Assembly: GCA_025057135.1 (NCBI GenBank)
Contig: JANWXY010000085.1
Coordinates: 151 to 64,150, forward strand
Direction: 5' to 3'
Length of the DNA: 64,000 bases
Origin: Bacteroidia bacterium
GTDB lineage: Bacteria > Bacteroidota > Bacteroidia > SpSt-205
A model generated the notes under the pieces. That model saw nothing but the letters and a program-made list of their open reading frames with translations. It had not been told where the DNA came from and did no database searches. Positions 37,573-46,557 of this stretch are shown one piece after another (within the stretch, counting starts at the first letter, position 1; each line of letters begins with the position of its first letter). Position numbers and translations under genes: made by a program.

Positions 37573-39564
37573 TCATACCTTCACCTGCATCTCAGAAAGC
37601 CGCTTCTCCAGCGCTCGTAACTCATCCCGATACCGAGCCGCCGTCAAATACTCCTCCGCCTCTGCCGCCTCTAACATACGCCGTCGGGTCTCCTCTATCA
37701 TCGCTTGAAGCTGCGTAATCGTGAGACTCTGCATACCGGGAAGCGAGCTTATATCAGCAGCAGGAAAGCTTTCTTCTACCATAGAAAGCTCACTTCGGCG
37801 CCCTGCACTGTGAGGCACTATGCCATGCTCCGCGTTGTAAGCAAGCTGCTTCTGCCGCCGACGCTCCGACTCTTGAATAAATCGCTGCATAGAGGATGTG
37901 ATACGGTCAGCATATAGAATAACCTCCCCTCTAACATTCCGAGCGGCTCGCCCAGCTATCTGAATAAGTGAGGTCTCAGAACGAAGGAACCCTTCTTTAT
38001 CCGCCTCCAAAATCGCTACCAGAGACACCTCTGGCAGGTCTAATCCTTCGCGGAGAAGGTTCACGCCCACGATAGCGCTGATTTCGCCGCGGCGCAGTTT
38101 GTCTATTATCTCCACTCGCTGGATGGCATTTAGATCAGAGTGGAGGTACGCTGCAGAGATTCCTACCCGCAAGAGAAAGTCTGCCACCTCCTCTGCAAGC
38201 TTTTTTGTAAGGGTAATAATGAGGGCTCGTCCGCCCTCACTTCGGTGGCGTCGCACCGCCCCTAAGAGATGATCAATAGCGCCCTCCATCGGATGCACTT
38301 CTACTGGGGGGTCTACAAGCCCCGTAGGACGCACAACTTGTTCTACAAAAGCCCCCCCTGTTTGCCCCATCTCATAAGGCCCAGGTGTAGCACTCACATA
38401 TATGACCTGCTCCACCAGACTCTCAAACTCCTCAAACCTCAGAGGACGATTATCCAGAGCGGAAGGTAATCGGAAGCCATACTCTACTAAAACGAGCTTG
38501 CGAGACTGGTCTCCGCCAATCATCGCTTTTAGCTGCGGAATAGTTACATGGCTTTCATCAATCACTGTCAAAAACGGCCTCGGAAAATAGTCCAAAAGGG
38601 TATATGGTCGCTCACCGGGCGCCCGCCCTGTGAGATGCCGAGAATAGTTTTCTATGCCATTACAGTAGCCAAGGGTACGCAGCTGCTCAATGTCATATAG
38701 GGTTCGTTTTTGTAACCGAGTAGCTTCCTCTGTCCGACCCAGAGAGCGAAGGTATTCTACCTGAGCAGCCAACTCCGCCTGAATGCGAGCAATCGCTACC
38801 TGCAGTTTCTGCGGCGACAAAACAAACATGTCCGCCGAATATAGCGTTAGCTCATCTAGCCTTCTCACTGGACGCAGACTCGGCAGCTCGAGCTCCTCCA
38901 CTCCCTCTATGGCAGAGCCAAAAAAGCTGATTTTGTAGCCTTTTTCAGAATAGGCAGGGAATACAAACACTCTGTCTCCACGCGTCCAGAATGTCCCCGG
39001 CGTAGACCCTTCGCTTGTTCGGCGGTACATCATTTGCGTCAGTTGATGGATAAGCGCCTGACGGGGATACCGAATACCAGGGCGCAGAGATATTACATGT
39101 TGGGCAAACTCCGATGGGTCCGACAAGCCGTATATCGCTGATACAGAAGCCACGACTATAATGTCACGACGACCACTCACCAGCGCTGTAAGCGTCTCCA
39201 AGCGATAACGCTCTATTTCCTTGAGGATACTGAGCTCCTTTTCAATGTACGTGTCCGTAGCCGGGAGATAGGCCTCAGGCTGATAGTAATCATAATGAGA
39301 TATCCAGTAGCAGACTAAGTTGTGGGGGAAAAATCCCTTGAACTCGCTGTATAGTTGCCAGGCAAGAGTTTTATTGTGGCTCAGAACGAGGGTCGGGATT
39401 TGCACCTGGGCAATCACATTAGCGACTGTAAAGGTCTTTCCCGAACCTGTAACGCCTAAAAGCACCTGATGCTTTTCCCCTCGTAAAATCCCCTCAGTAA
39501 GCTGGGCGATGGCATGGGGCTGGTCTCCCTTAGGAGTCATCTCACTAACGAGTCGGAACTGCAT
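37573..39564 (-). CDS. uvrB: Excinuclease ABC subunit B.
   Basis: GDQPHAIAQL. Walker A GVTGSGKTFT. The helicase motifs, the beta-hairpin region and the C-terminal UvrB/UvrC interaction coiled coil (ITQLQAMIEETRRRMLEAAEAEEYLTAARYRDEL) are all present. Confidence 0.9.
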   Translation of the reverse strand: MQFRLVSEMTPKGDQPHAIAQLTEGILRGEKHQVLLGVTGSGKTFTVANVIAQVQIPTLVLSHNKTLAWQLYSEFKGFFPHNLVCYWISHYDYYQPEAYLPATDTYIEKELSILKEIERYRLETLTALVSGRRDIIVVASVSAIYGLSDPSEFAQHVISLRPGIRYPRQALIHQLTQMMYRRTSEGSTPGTFWTRGDRVFVFPAYSEKGYKISFFGSAIEGVEELELPSLRPVRRLDELTLYSADMFVLSPQKLQVAIARIQAELAAQVEYLRSLGRTEEATRLQKRTLYDIEQLRTLGYCNGIENYSRHLTGRAPGERPYTLLDYFPRPFLTVIDESHVTIPQLKAMIGGDQSRKLVLVEYGFRLPSALDNRPLRFEEFESLVEQVIYVSATPGPYEMGQTGGAFVEQVVRPTGLVDPPVEVHPMEGAIDHLLGAVRRHRSEGGRALIITLTKKLAEEVADFLLRVGISAAYLHSDLNAIQRVEIIDKLRRGEISAIVGVNLLREGLDLPEVSLVAILEADKEGFLRSETSLIQIAGRAARNVRGEVILYADRITSSMQRFIQESERRRQKQLAYNAEHGIVPHSAGRRSELSMVEESFPAADISSLPGMQSLTITQLQAMIEETRRRMLEAAEAEEYLTAARYRDELRALEKRLSEMQVKV

Positions 39565-39591
39565 GGCAGAATAAAGTTAACCTTTCCGGGC

Positions 39592-40353
39592 TTAGATTTT
39601 TTCGCTATGGACGAGACCGGATGCCATCAGAAATGCTCGGAGATTGGACGGAAGGGCATGGACATTCTGTAGGAGCTCTTTTCTATCACCTTGCCACTCC
39701 GCCCGTCCCTCATACAAGAAAAGAATGCGCTGCCCCATTTCTACCACACTTTTGAGGTCATGAGTCACGACGACCGTAGTGGTATTGAACTCCTCGGTGA
39801 TTTCTCGGATAAGTTGATCTATCCGTCGCGCCGTGAGTGGGTCTAAACCAGAGTTAGGCTCATCACAAAAAAGGTATCTGGGATTAAGAGCGATAGCTCG
39901 GGCGAGTCCGACACGGCGCTTCATTCCGCCGGAGATTTCGGCAGGATATTTATTCTGAGTGCCAGCAAGTCCTACACGCTCCAAACAGTACGCCACGCGG
40001 CTCTGAATTTCATTTTCATTCTGCTGTGTGAAAACTCGCAAAGGAAACGCCACATTCTCTCCGACCGTCATAGAGTCAAAAAGGGCAGAAGACTGAAAAA
40101 GCATGCCCAGATTCCTGAGAATAGTCCGCTTTTTCTCAGGAGAAGCGCGAAGAAAATCCACATCTCCAAAAAATACTCGCCCCTCCTCTGGAATAATCAG
40201 CCCAAGGATACACTTCAAAAGGACAGTTTTTCCACAGCCACTGGGGCCAATAATCATATTCACCTGCCCCGGCTGAAAAGTAAAGGAAATATCATCCAAG
40301 ACCCGCTGTCGTCCAAATGATTTAGATATATGTTCTATACGAAGCTGACTCAT
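39592..40353 (-). CDS. mlaF: ABC transporter ATP-binding protein, MlaF/Ttg2A-like.
   Basis: Walker A GPSGCGKT. Signature ISGGMKRRVGLARA. Walker B LFCDEPNSGLD. Stop overlaps are shared with mlaE. Confidence 0.8.
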   Translation of the reverse strand: MSQLRIEHISKSFGRQRVLDDISFTFQPGQVNMIIGPSGCGKTVLLKCILGLIIPEEGRVFFGDVDFLRASPEKKRTILRNLGMLFQSSALFDSMTVGENVAFPLRVFTQQNENEIQSRVAYCLERVGLAGTQNKYPAEISGGMKRRVGLARAIALNPRYLFCDEPNSGLDPLTARRIDQLIREITEEFNTTTVVVTHDLKSVVEMGQRILFLYEGRAEWQGDRKELLQNVHALPSNLRAFLMASGLVHSEKI

Positions 40354-41105
40354 AGGAGAAGCTGCGCCAGAACATAGTCAGATACTAAAATCATCAGACA
40401 GCTGATCACTACCGCCCGAGTGCTTGCATATCCAACCTCCAAAGCCCCTCCACGCACATAATACCCCTGATAAGCAGAGACCGTAGAAATGATAAACCCG
40501 AATGTCACAGCCTTTATGAGCATAAAGACGATTTGAAAATCCTCATAAAAGCTGCGCGCACCTATGCCGAACTGCGTGGGATTGACCGCACCAGAGAGAG
40601 CTCCCGCTACAATGCCTCCAATATGTATGATAAAGCAAGCGTAAATCACCAGTACTGGGAAAAATATCAGCGCCCCAAAAAGTCTCGGTAAAATAAGGTA
40701 GGTTGCAGAGTTTATCCCCATCACCTCCAAAGCGTCTATTTGCTCACTTACCCGCATGGAACCAATCTGAGAAGCGATACTAGAACCTATGCGGCCCGCC
40801 AGGACCAGAGAGGTAATCGTCGGTGCCAGCTCTAAAATCGCAGAAGTGGAGACAATAGCTCCTATGGTAGATTTGGGAATAAATGGAGAAACTATCTGAT
40901 AGGCGGTTTGAACAGTCGTAACTGCCCCGACAAAAAGCGATATAATACTCACGAGAAAAAGGCTATCCCGCCCAATCTGGATAGACTCATGCGTCCAAAG
41001 TTCCCAATATAGGTGAAATCGGAGGAGTCCCGAAAAGCTTCGCCGCAAAAGCAGAAGGTACTGTCCAAACCCTTCAAACCCCTTCAGCAGAAGGCTCAGC
41101 CACAT
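40350..41105 (-). CDS. mlaE: ABC transporter permease, MlaE-like.
   Basis: 251 aa. Five TM helices. The conserved MlaE core ELAPTITSLVLAGRIGSSIASQIGSMRVSEQIDALEVMGINS. Confidence 0.8.
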   Translation of the reverse strand: MWLSLLLKGFEGFGQYLLLLRRSFSGLLRFHLYWELWTHESIQIGRDSLFLVSIISLFVGAVTTVQTAYQIVSPFIPKSTIGAIVSTSAILELAPTITSLVLAGRIGSSIASQIGSMRVSEQIDALEVMGINSATYLILPRLFGALIFFPVLVIYACFIIHIGGIVAGALSGAVNPTQFGIGARSFYEDFQIVFMLIKAVTFGFIISTVSAYQGYYVRGGALEVGYASTRAVVISCLMILVSDYVLAQLLL

Positions 41106-42762
41106 ACCAATCTGCTTGGGTCAGAAACAAAGGAAGGAGTACGGTAAAAGTTGTCTGTCCAGGTTGGCTACGAACAGTGATACGTCCGCGGTGCTTTTCT
41201 ACAATCCGCTTACAGATGTCAAGCCCTAAGCCCGTGCCTTCTCCTTTGGATTTGGTCGTGAAAAAAGGCTCAAATATGCGAGGTAATATCTCGGGGGGAA
41301 TGCCAGGTCCATTGTCTGTAAAAGATACGAGCACTTCTCCATCGGTAAGCCGAGTCTCTATGCGTAGCTCTCCCTGCCCTTGCATGGCTTGTATGGCATT
41401 TTGAACTATATTAGTCCAGACCTGACCCATTTCATCTCCGAAGATGTACAAGGGGGGGATTTGAGGATCATATTCGGTATGGACTACAACGCCTTGTTTG
41501 AGCTGATTCTGATACAAAGTGAGAATGACCTCTATTGACTCATTCAGCTGCGTCAGCGTAGGCTTGGAATGGTCTGATGTATGAGTGTAGCTTTTGAGCG
41601 CAAAGACGGTTTTACGGGTACGATTAGCAGCGAGTACGATATTTTCAAGCTGGAGCTTGAGCTGACCAATAAGGTAAAGTATATCCGCACCTTCTGGCTG
41701 CCGCAGTAGAGGCAAGATAGGCGTGAAATCTTCAACGATAATTCCCGCCTCTACCAGCTGACGAGCTACGGTATCACTATCTGAGATACCTGCGGCTTCC
41801 AGATGAGCGGCGTAGCGTTTGCGCAAGGCGCGCTCTTCCTTGGAAGTGAGCACTACCCGCTGGCCTGATTGTAGATATTGATTGAGCCAAACGAATGCAG
41901 CCGATAAAGCTGCCCACTGCTCATTCCCGACATTTATCAAGCGACTCAGAAACTGCGGAAGCGCTTCCAAAAGGGTCTCAGCAGAACCTTTGATGGCTCC
42001 AAGAGGGCTATTAATCTCATGCGCTACACCAGCGACGAGCTGTCCCAAAGCCGCCATCTTTTCTGATAAAATCAGCTGCTGCTGAGCCGAACTAAGCTCC
42101 CGAAGCGTAGCTTCGAGCTCTTGTGTGCGCAGGCGTACCCGCTCCTCTAAAGAAGCATTGAGCACACTGAGCTGAGTCTGCATTTCACTCAGACGGGAAA
42201 GGTTTTCCTGTAAAAGGAGGTTTTGATGCCGCTGCTCCTCTAAAAGGCGTTGAATCCTCTGCTGCTGAAATACATTGCTGAGCAGCATACCGAAAAAGCC
42301 CTGATTCTCTTCAAGCCAGGCCTGTTCGCTGAGAGTGAGATCACGCATCAGAAGCGCTTCTACGACAGCCCAGGTCTGTCCCTGATAAGTCAAAGGATAT
42401 ATCCAGTGATGGGTCGGATACACTATGCCAAACCCATAAGCCTGCGGTTCTCCACTTTCTATCTCATACTTGAAGTACCGCTGCTGACGGGCCGCTTCCC
42501 CAATAAGGCCTTCGCCCCAACTCAGCGAGGATAGGACCTTAGAGGTTCTACAGTAGCTCGCGATGTACTCCACCTTGTCGGCATCTATGATGCCGTATAA
42601 AGTGCTGGATAGTATAGGCAACTGGGCTCTCAGGATGTGTAAAAAGCGAAGGCCCCACGACTCAGGGGTATCTTCTGAATGCCAAGCTAATTCTATCAGT
42701 AAGTGTCTTTCAGTGGTCATTTTTTGCAAAAATACACTACGAGCGTAGGCACTATCAACCAT
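41074..42762 (-). CDS. Cytoplasmic sensor histidine kinase with an N-terminal GAF-like domain.
   Basis: GAF-like [15 protein letters not shown]. Coiled-coil linker. An H-box [25 protein letters not shown] almost identical to that of the kinase at 3847..7272. G-boxes DNGPGIP...GTGLGL. An alternative ATG is at 42720. Confidence 0.75.
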   Translation of the reverse strand: [562 protein letters not shown]

Positions 42763-42823
42763 GCGAGCCCTTTCAAGAGAAAAAACAAAAACACAACGAT
42801 ACCGCCCTTACGCAGCCATTTTT

Positions 42824-43216
42824 TCAAGCGAGAAGGGCGTTCTGGATTTGAGACACCAAAGCGTCGCGTTCCCATGGCTTACGAATAAAGGCAAAAAGAT
42901 TGGCGTAGCGCTGTGCCCGTTCTATCGCATCATCATCTGCATAGGCAGAAAGCATAATCAGGCGTACATCTGGATAATGTGAAGCTACACGTATCAGGAA
43001 ACTGTCCCCCTTCTCTAATGGCATCAGCCAATCGCTGATGAGCAGAACAATACGCCTCTGAGCCTCCTTATATTCTCGGATGAGCTCCCATGCCTCTTCG
43101 GCACTCTGAGCCGTCTCATAATCGTATTTATCTCCGAAAGCGGAGCGTACCTGCACGACTAAGGTATCTAACACAATCTTCTCATCATCAACAAATAGAA
43201 TAACAGGGCGGCTCAC
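42824..43216 (-). CDS. Single-domain CheY-like response regulator.
   Basis: FVDDEKIVLDTL...ISDWLMPLEKGD...MLSAYA...IRKPW. Confidence 0.8.
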   Translation of the reverse strand: MSRPVILFVDDEKIVLDTLVVQVRSAFGDKYDYETAQSAEEAWELIREYKEAQRRIVLLISDWLMPLEKGDSFLIRVASHYPDVRLIMLSAYADDDAIERAQRYANLFAFIRKPWERDALVSQIQNALLA

Positions 43217-43605
43217 TGCTCCAAGGCTTTCTGAACAAGGGTCATCAGTTCGTCTTTATCCCACGGCTTAGAAACAAAGGCTAAAATATGCGCCTCGTTT
43301 TTAGCGCGCTCTATCGCCTCGGGGCTTGCTTGCCCTGAAAGCATGATTAAGTTTACTTCCGGGAAGCGCTTATGCACACGCACCAGAAACTCATCGCCTT
43401 TCACCCGAGGCATAAGCCAGTCACATATGATGAGATGGATATTTTCCCCCTCGGCATACACTTCATCTATAAACTCTTCTGCCTCCTCCGCACTCGTGAA
43501 TGACTCGTACAAATAGCGGTTCCCAAAGGTCTGATAGAGCTGGCCCATCAGAGTGTTCAAAACAACTTTTTCATCATCGACGCACAATATCCGCTTTTTA
43601 GGCAC
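43213..43605 (-). CDS. Single-domain CheY-like response regulator.
   Basis: CVDDEKVVLNTL...ICDWLMPRVKGD...MLSGQA...VSKPW. The stop overlaps the next receiver's ATG. Confidence 0.8.
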   Translation of the reverse strand: MPKKRILCVDDEKVVLNTLMGQLYQTFGNRYLYESFTSAEEAEEFIDEVYAEGENIHLIICDWLMPRVKGDEFLVRVHKRFPEVNLIMLSGQASPEAIERAKNEAHILAFVSKPWDKDELMTLVQKALEQ

Positions 43606-43631
43606 TTTGCAAAGGTACGAAGTAAAAAAGA

Positions 43632-44681
43632 CTAACGCAGCCTCTCGCCATACTGTTGCGCGTAATAGCGCTGGTATTCACCAGTACGGACTGCGTTGAG
43701 CCAGTCCAGATTAGATAGATACCAAATGACCGTCTGCCGAAGCCCCTCCGAAAGAGAAATGGTCGGCTCCCAGCCTAACTCTCGGAGATGCGGTGAAGGT
43801 TGAATCGCATACCGAAAATCATGCCCGGGGCGATCTTTTACGAATGTAATGAGCTGGTGAGAGTCGGTAGTGCCCATTATCTCATCGTAGAGGGTACAGA
43901 GGAGGCGGACAATCTCTATATTAGGCCGAGGCTGCTCTGCGCCAATCAGATATGTGTGTCCGCGCTTACCCTGCTCGGCTAAAAGTACTATAGCGCGGAC
44001 ATGATCCTCTACATGTATCCAATCGCGGACATTCTGGCCTGTACCATACACGGGTATAGGTTTGCGTTCTATCAAGTGCGTAATCGTCAAGGGAATGAGC
44101 TTTTCGGGAAACTGGTGGGGTCCGTAGTTATTGCCGCAGTTGCTGATAATATACGGAAGCCCATAAGTATGCCCATATGCCCGAACCAAGTGATCCGCTG
44201 CGGCTTTTGAAGCCGAATAAGGACTGCGTGGATCATATGGACTACCCTCCGTAAAGAAGGCCCCCTCAGGCAGACTCCCATACACTTCATCCGTAGAGAC
44301 TTGATAGAAAAGCACATCAGAGCGCCCATGCCAGTACTTACGAGCCACTTCTAAGAGGACGACCGTACCGAGAATATTAGTATGAACAAAGTCCAGTGGT
44401 GAAAGGATACTCCTATCTACATGGCTCTCTGCGGCCAGATGAAATATAATAGCGGGCGGATACTTCTCCCACAGACTCTCTATCTGCGCGGCATCCGCAA
44501 TGTCCAGCTTGTGAAAAATGTGACGGGGATGGTCTAAAATATCTGATAGGTTTTGAAGATTCCCCGCATAGGTCAGAGCGTCTATCGTATGTACTTCCCA
44601 TTCAGCTCTGGTGCGCACAAGATAACGCACTAAATGGCTCCCGATGAATCCAGCTCCCCCAGTTACCCAGACACGATACAT
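43632..44681 (-). CDS. rfbB: dTDP-glucose 4,6-dehydratase.
   Basis: MYRVWVTGGAGFIGSHLVRYL. Catalytic YSASKAAADHLV. Overall RfbB/RmlB extended-SDR pattern. Confidence 0.85.
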   Translation of the reverse strand: MYRVWVTGGAGFIGSHLVRYLVRTRAEWEVHTIDALTYAGNLQNLSDILDHPRHIFHKLDIADAAQIESLWEKYPPAIIFHLAAESHVDRSILSPLDFVHTNILGTVVLLEVARKYWHGRSDVLFYQVSTDEVYGSLPEGAFFTEGSPYDPRSPYSASKAAADHLVRAYGHTYGLPYIISNCGNNYGPHQFPEKLIPLTITHLIERKPIPVYGTGQNVRDWIHVEDHVRAIVLLAEQGKRGHTYLIGAEQPRPNIEIVRLLCTLYDEIMGTTDSHQLITFVKDRPGHDFRYAIQPSPHLRELGWEPTISLSEGLRQTVIWYLSNLDWLNAVRTGEYQRYYAQQYGERLR

Positions 44682-44798
44682 ATGACAAATGTATCAGTAA
44701 TCATAGCTTCATCCCCCCGATAAACAATGTCGCCAGAAAATGCACATGGGGTGGGTCTGACCCCATAGCTAAAAAACAAGTGTTTGGAGATTTCTTTT

Positions 44799-44806
44799 TA
44801 GTTTTG
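44799..44806 (+). promoter_or_regulatory. Candidate -7 promoter element TAGTTTTG, 7 bp upstream of the ATG at 44814.
   Basis: Exact TAnnTTTG match. Confidence 0.35.
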
Positions 44807-44813
44807 TAAAGCT

Positions 44814-46397
44814 ATGCTGAAAAAGCAAAACCGCCTATACTTCGGACTTGTCGTTTGCAATATAATCATAGGCATAAATGCTTATGCGCAAAACGTTGGG
44901 ATTGGCACAGCTTCACCTTCTGAAAGGCTCCATATCAATGGCAATCTTAGGTTAGACGGTGCTTTCATGCCAGGAAATCAAGCTGGTAGCAAAGGCTCCA
45001 TTTTATACTCTGATGGAGTCAACACACCGCCCTTATGGTTAGCGCCTCCCACGAGTGCGGCGCAAATTTTAGGAAGTACAGCCAGTGGCACCAGTTTCAT
45101 ACCCACTTGGAGCGATGGCAATGGACTTTTCTGGCGATTAGTAGGTAATAGCGGCACGGACATCAATACCCACTTCGTAGGTACAACCGATAATACAGGT
45201 TTAGCTTTTCGTACTAATAACACAGAACGAATGCGAATAACTAACTTCGGTAACGTAGGTATCGGTACTACGAATCCTGATGGTCGTCTGGATGTAAGAC
45301 AAACGACTGATAATGAAGTGGCGTTATTTACCACTTACGGACATGTGAATAGAATCTTTCTCAGGCGGGCACAAGGCACTATTGGTAGCCCCTCAGCGAC
45401 ATCAGGAGCGAATACTGTCTTAGGACGAATAGATGCCCAAGGGTATAATGGGACCGGCTTCACCTCAGCTGCTCGCATAGAAATGGCTACGGATGCCGTC
45501 GGCGGGACTGCCAGCGACATGCCAGGACGAATTACTTTTCATACTACACCAGATGGTAGTGGTACATTGCAGGAGCGAATGCGAATCACAAATAGTGGTA
45601 ATGTTGGAATCGGCATTACTGACCCACAGGTTTTATTGGAAGTATTTGCCCATCAGGCAGGAGATTTAAGTATAGGTGGAAGGATAAGGCTATCTGCAAA
45701 TGGGGACGGAGGACGAAGGACATACATAGATTTTGCGCCATGGCGCGCACGTCCAGGCGGGCCCCCAGCGCAAATTATTGGTGAAGATGATGCTGACTTT
45801 AGCGCACACTTGCGCTTCTACACAGCGTCCCCTGGAAGTTCTGGTAATAATCCCCCAGTCGAGCGCATGAGAATACAGTCAAATGGCGATATTTTTGGAA
45901 GATTTAGACACATAAGCTATCATAAGTTTCATAATCAGTCTTGGACAGGAGGTTCGGCTAATACTATCCTATGGATCGCCTCACCAGGAGGCGATGCCAC
46001 AGACGATTGGCAGGTTAATGGTGCGCTACCAATCGGAGGGCCAGGATTTGATACCGAGGCTGAAGCCCAGTGGGTAGCTCCATACAATGGGCGTATTTTA
46101 CGCATTATCGTTCGTGTGGGCAATAATAGCGGTAGCACTCCTACCATACGAACAAGAGGTATAGTCATCTCCAGAAATGGGAATCTTGCCGTGATTAATA
46201 CAACTGGATTTTGCTTGTCACAAGATGACGCTGGTGTATATGAATGCACCCAAAACTGTGATGTTCAGCGAGGCGATAGAATAGGCATAGGCTTCGACCT
46301 TCGTAGCGGACTGGGAGGATGCTGCGGAGGCTCCTGTTATGCGGAAGATACACACTACTGGGTAGCAGTGGTATGGGCATTTGATGTGTGGGATTAG
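44814..46397 (+). CDS. Secreted protein with tandem NVGIGTxxP...L.V repeats (tail-fibre-like repeat module) and a Cys-rich C-terminus.
   Basis: Signal peptide MLKKQNRLYFGLVVCNIIIGINAYAQ. Repeats NVGIGTASPSERLHINGNLRL, NVGIGTTNPDGRLDVRQ, NVGIGITDPQVLLEV, each followed by MRITN. C-terminal GGCCGGSCY. Confidence 0.5.
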   Translation: MLKKQNRLYFGLVVCNIIIGINAYAQNVGIGTASPSERLHINGNLRLDGAFMPGNQAGSKGSILYSDGVNTPPLWLAPPTSAAQILGSTASGTSFIPTWSDGNGLFWRLVGNSGTDINTHFVGTTDNTGLAFRTNNTERMRITNFGNVGIGTTNPDGRLDVRQTTDNEVALFTTYGHVNRIFLRRAQGTIGSPSATSGANTVLGRIDAQGYNGTGFTSAARIEMATDAVGGTASDMPGRITFHTTPDGSGTLQERMRITNSGNVGIGITDPQVLLEVFAHQAGDLSIGGRIRLSANGDGGRRTYIDFAPWRARPGGPPAQIIGEDDADFSAHLRFYTASPGSSGNNPPVERMRIQSNGDIFGRFRHISYHKFHNQSWTGGSANTILWIASPGGDATDDWQVNGALPIGGPGFDTEAEAQWVAPYNGRILRIIVRVGNNSGSTPTIRTRGIVISRNGNLAVINTTGFCLSQDDAGVYECTQNCDVQRGDRIGIGFDLRSGLGGCCGGSCYAEDTHYWVAVVWAFDVWD

Positions 46398-46557
46398 GGA
46401 TAAAGGGGGGCGAAGCACTCAATCTCCTTCAAAAACGGGACCTCTGGCGTCAAGGAATACCACCGCTTGAAGTTTTCTCCTACCACGCTGCCACTTTATC
46501 TCTTCAGACAGATAACTCAAAATTACCTAACACCTCACTAATCCTCACCTTTGCAAG

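Noticed and set aside
44746-44766. Hairpin atggggt/accccat upstream of the 44814 gene.
   Set aside because: A poly-A tract follows it on the plus strand and a T-tract precedes it on the minus strand. That orientation is wrong for a terminator on either strand. It is probably incidental, possibly part of the divergent promoter region.
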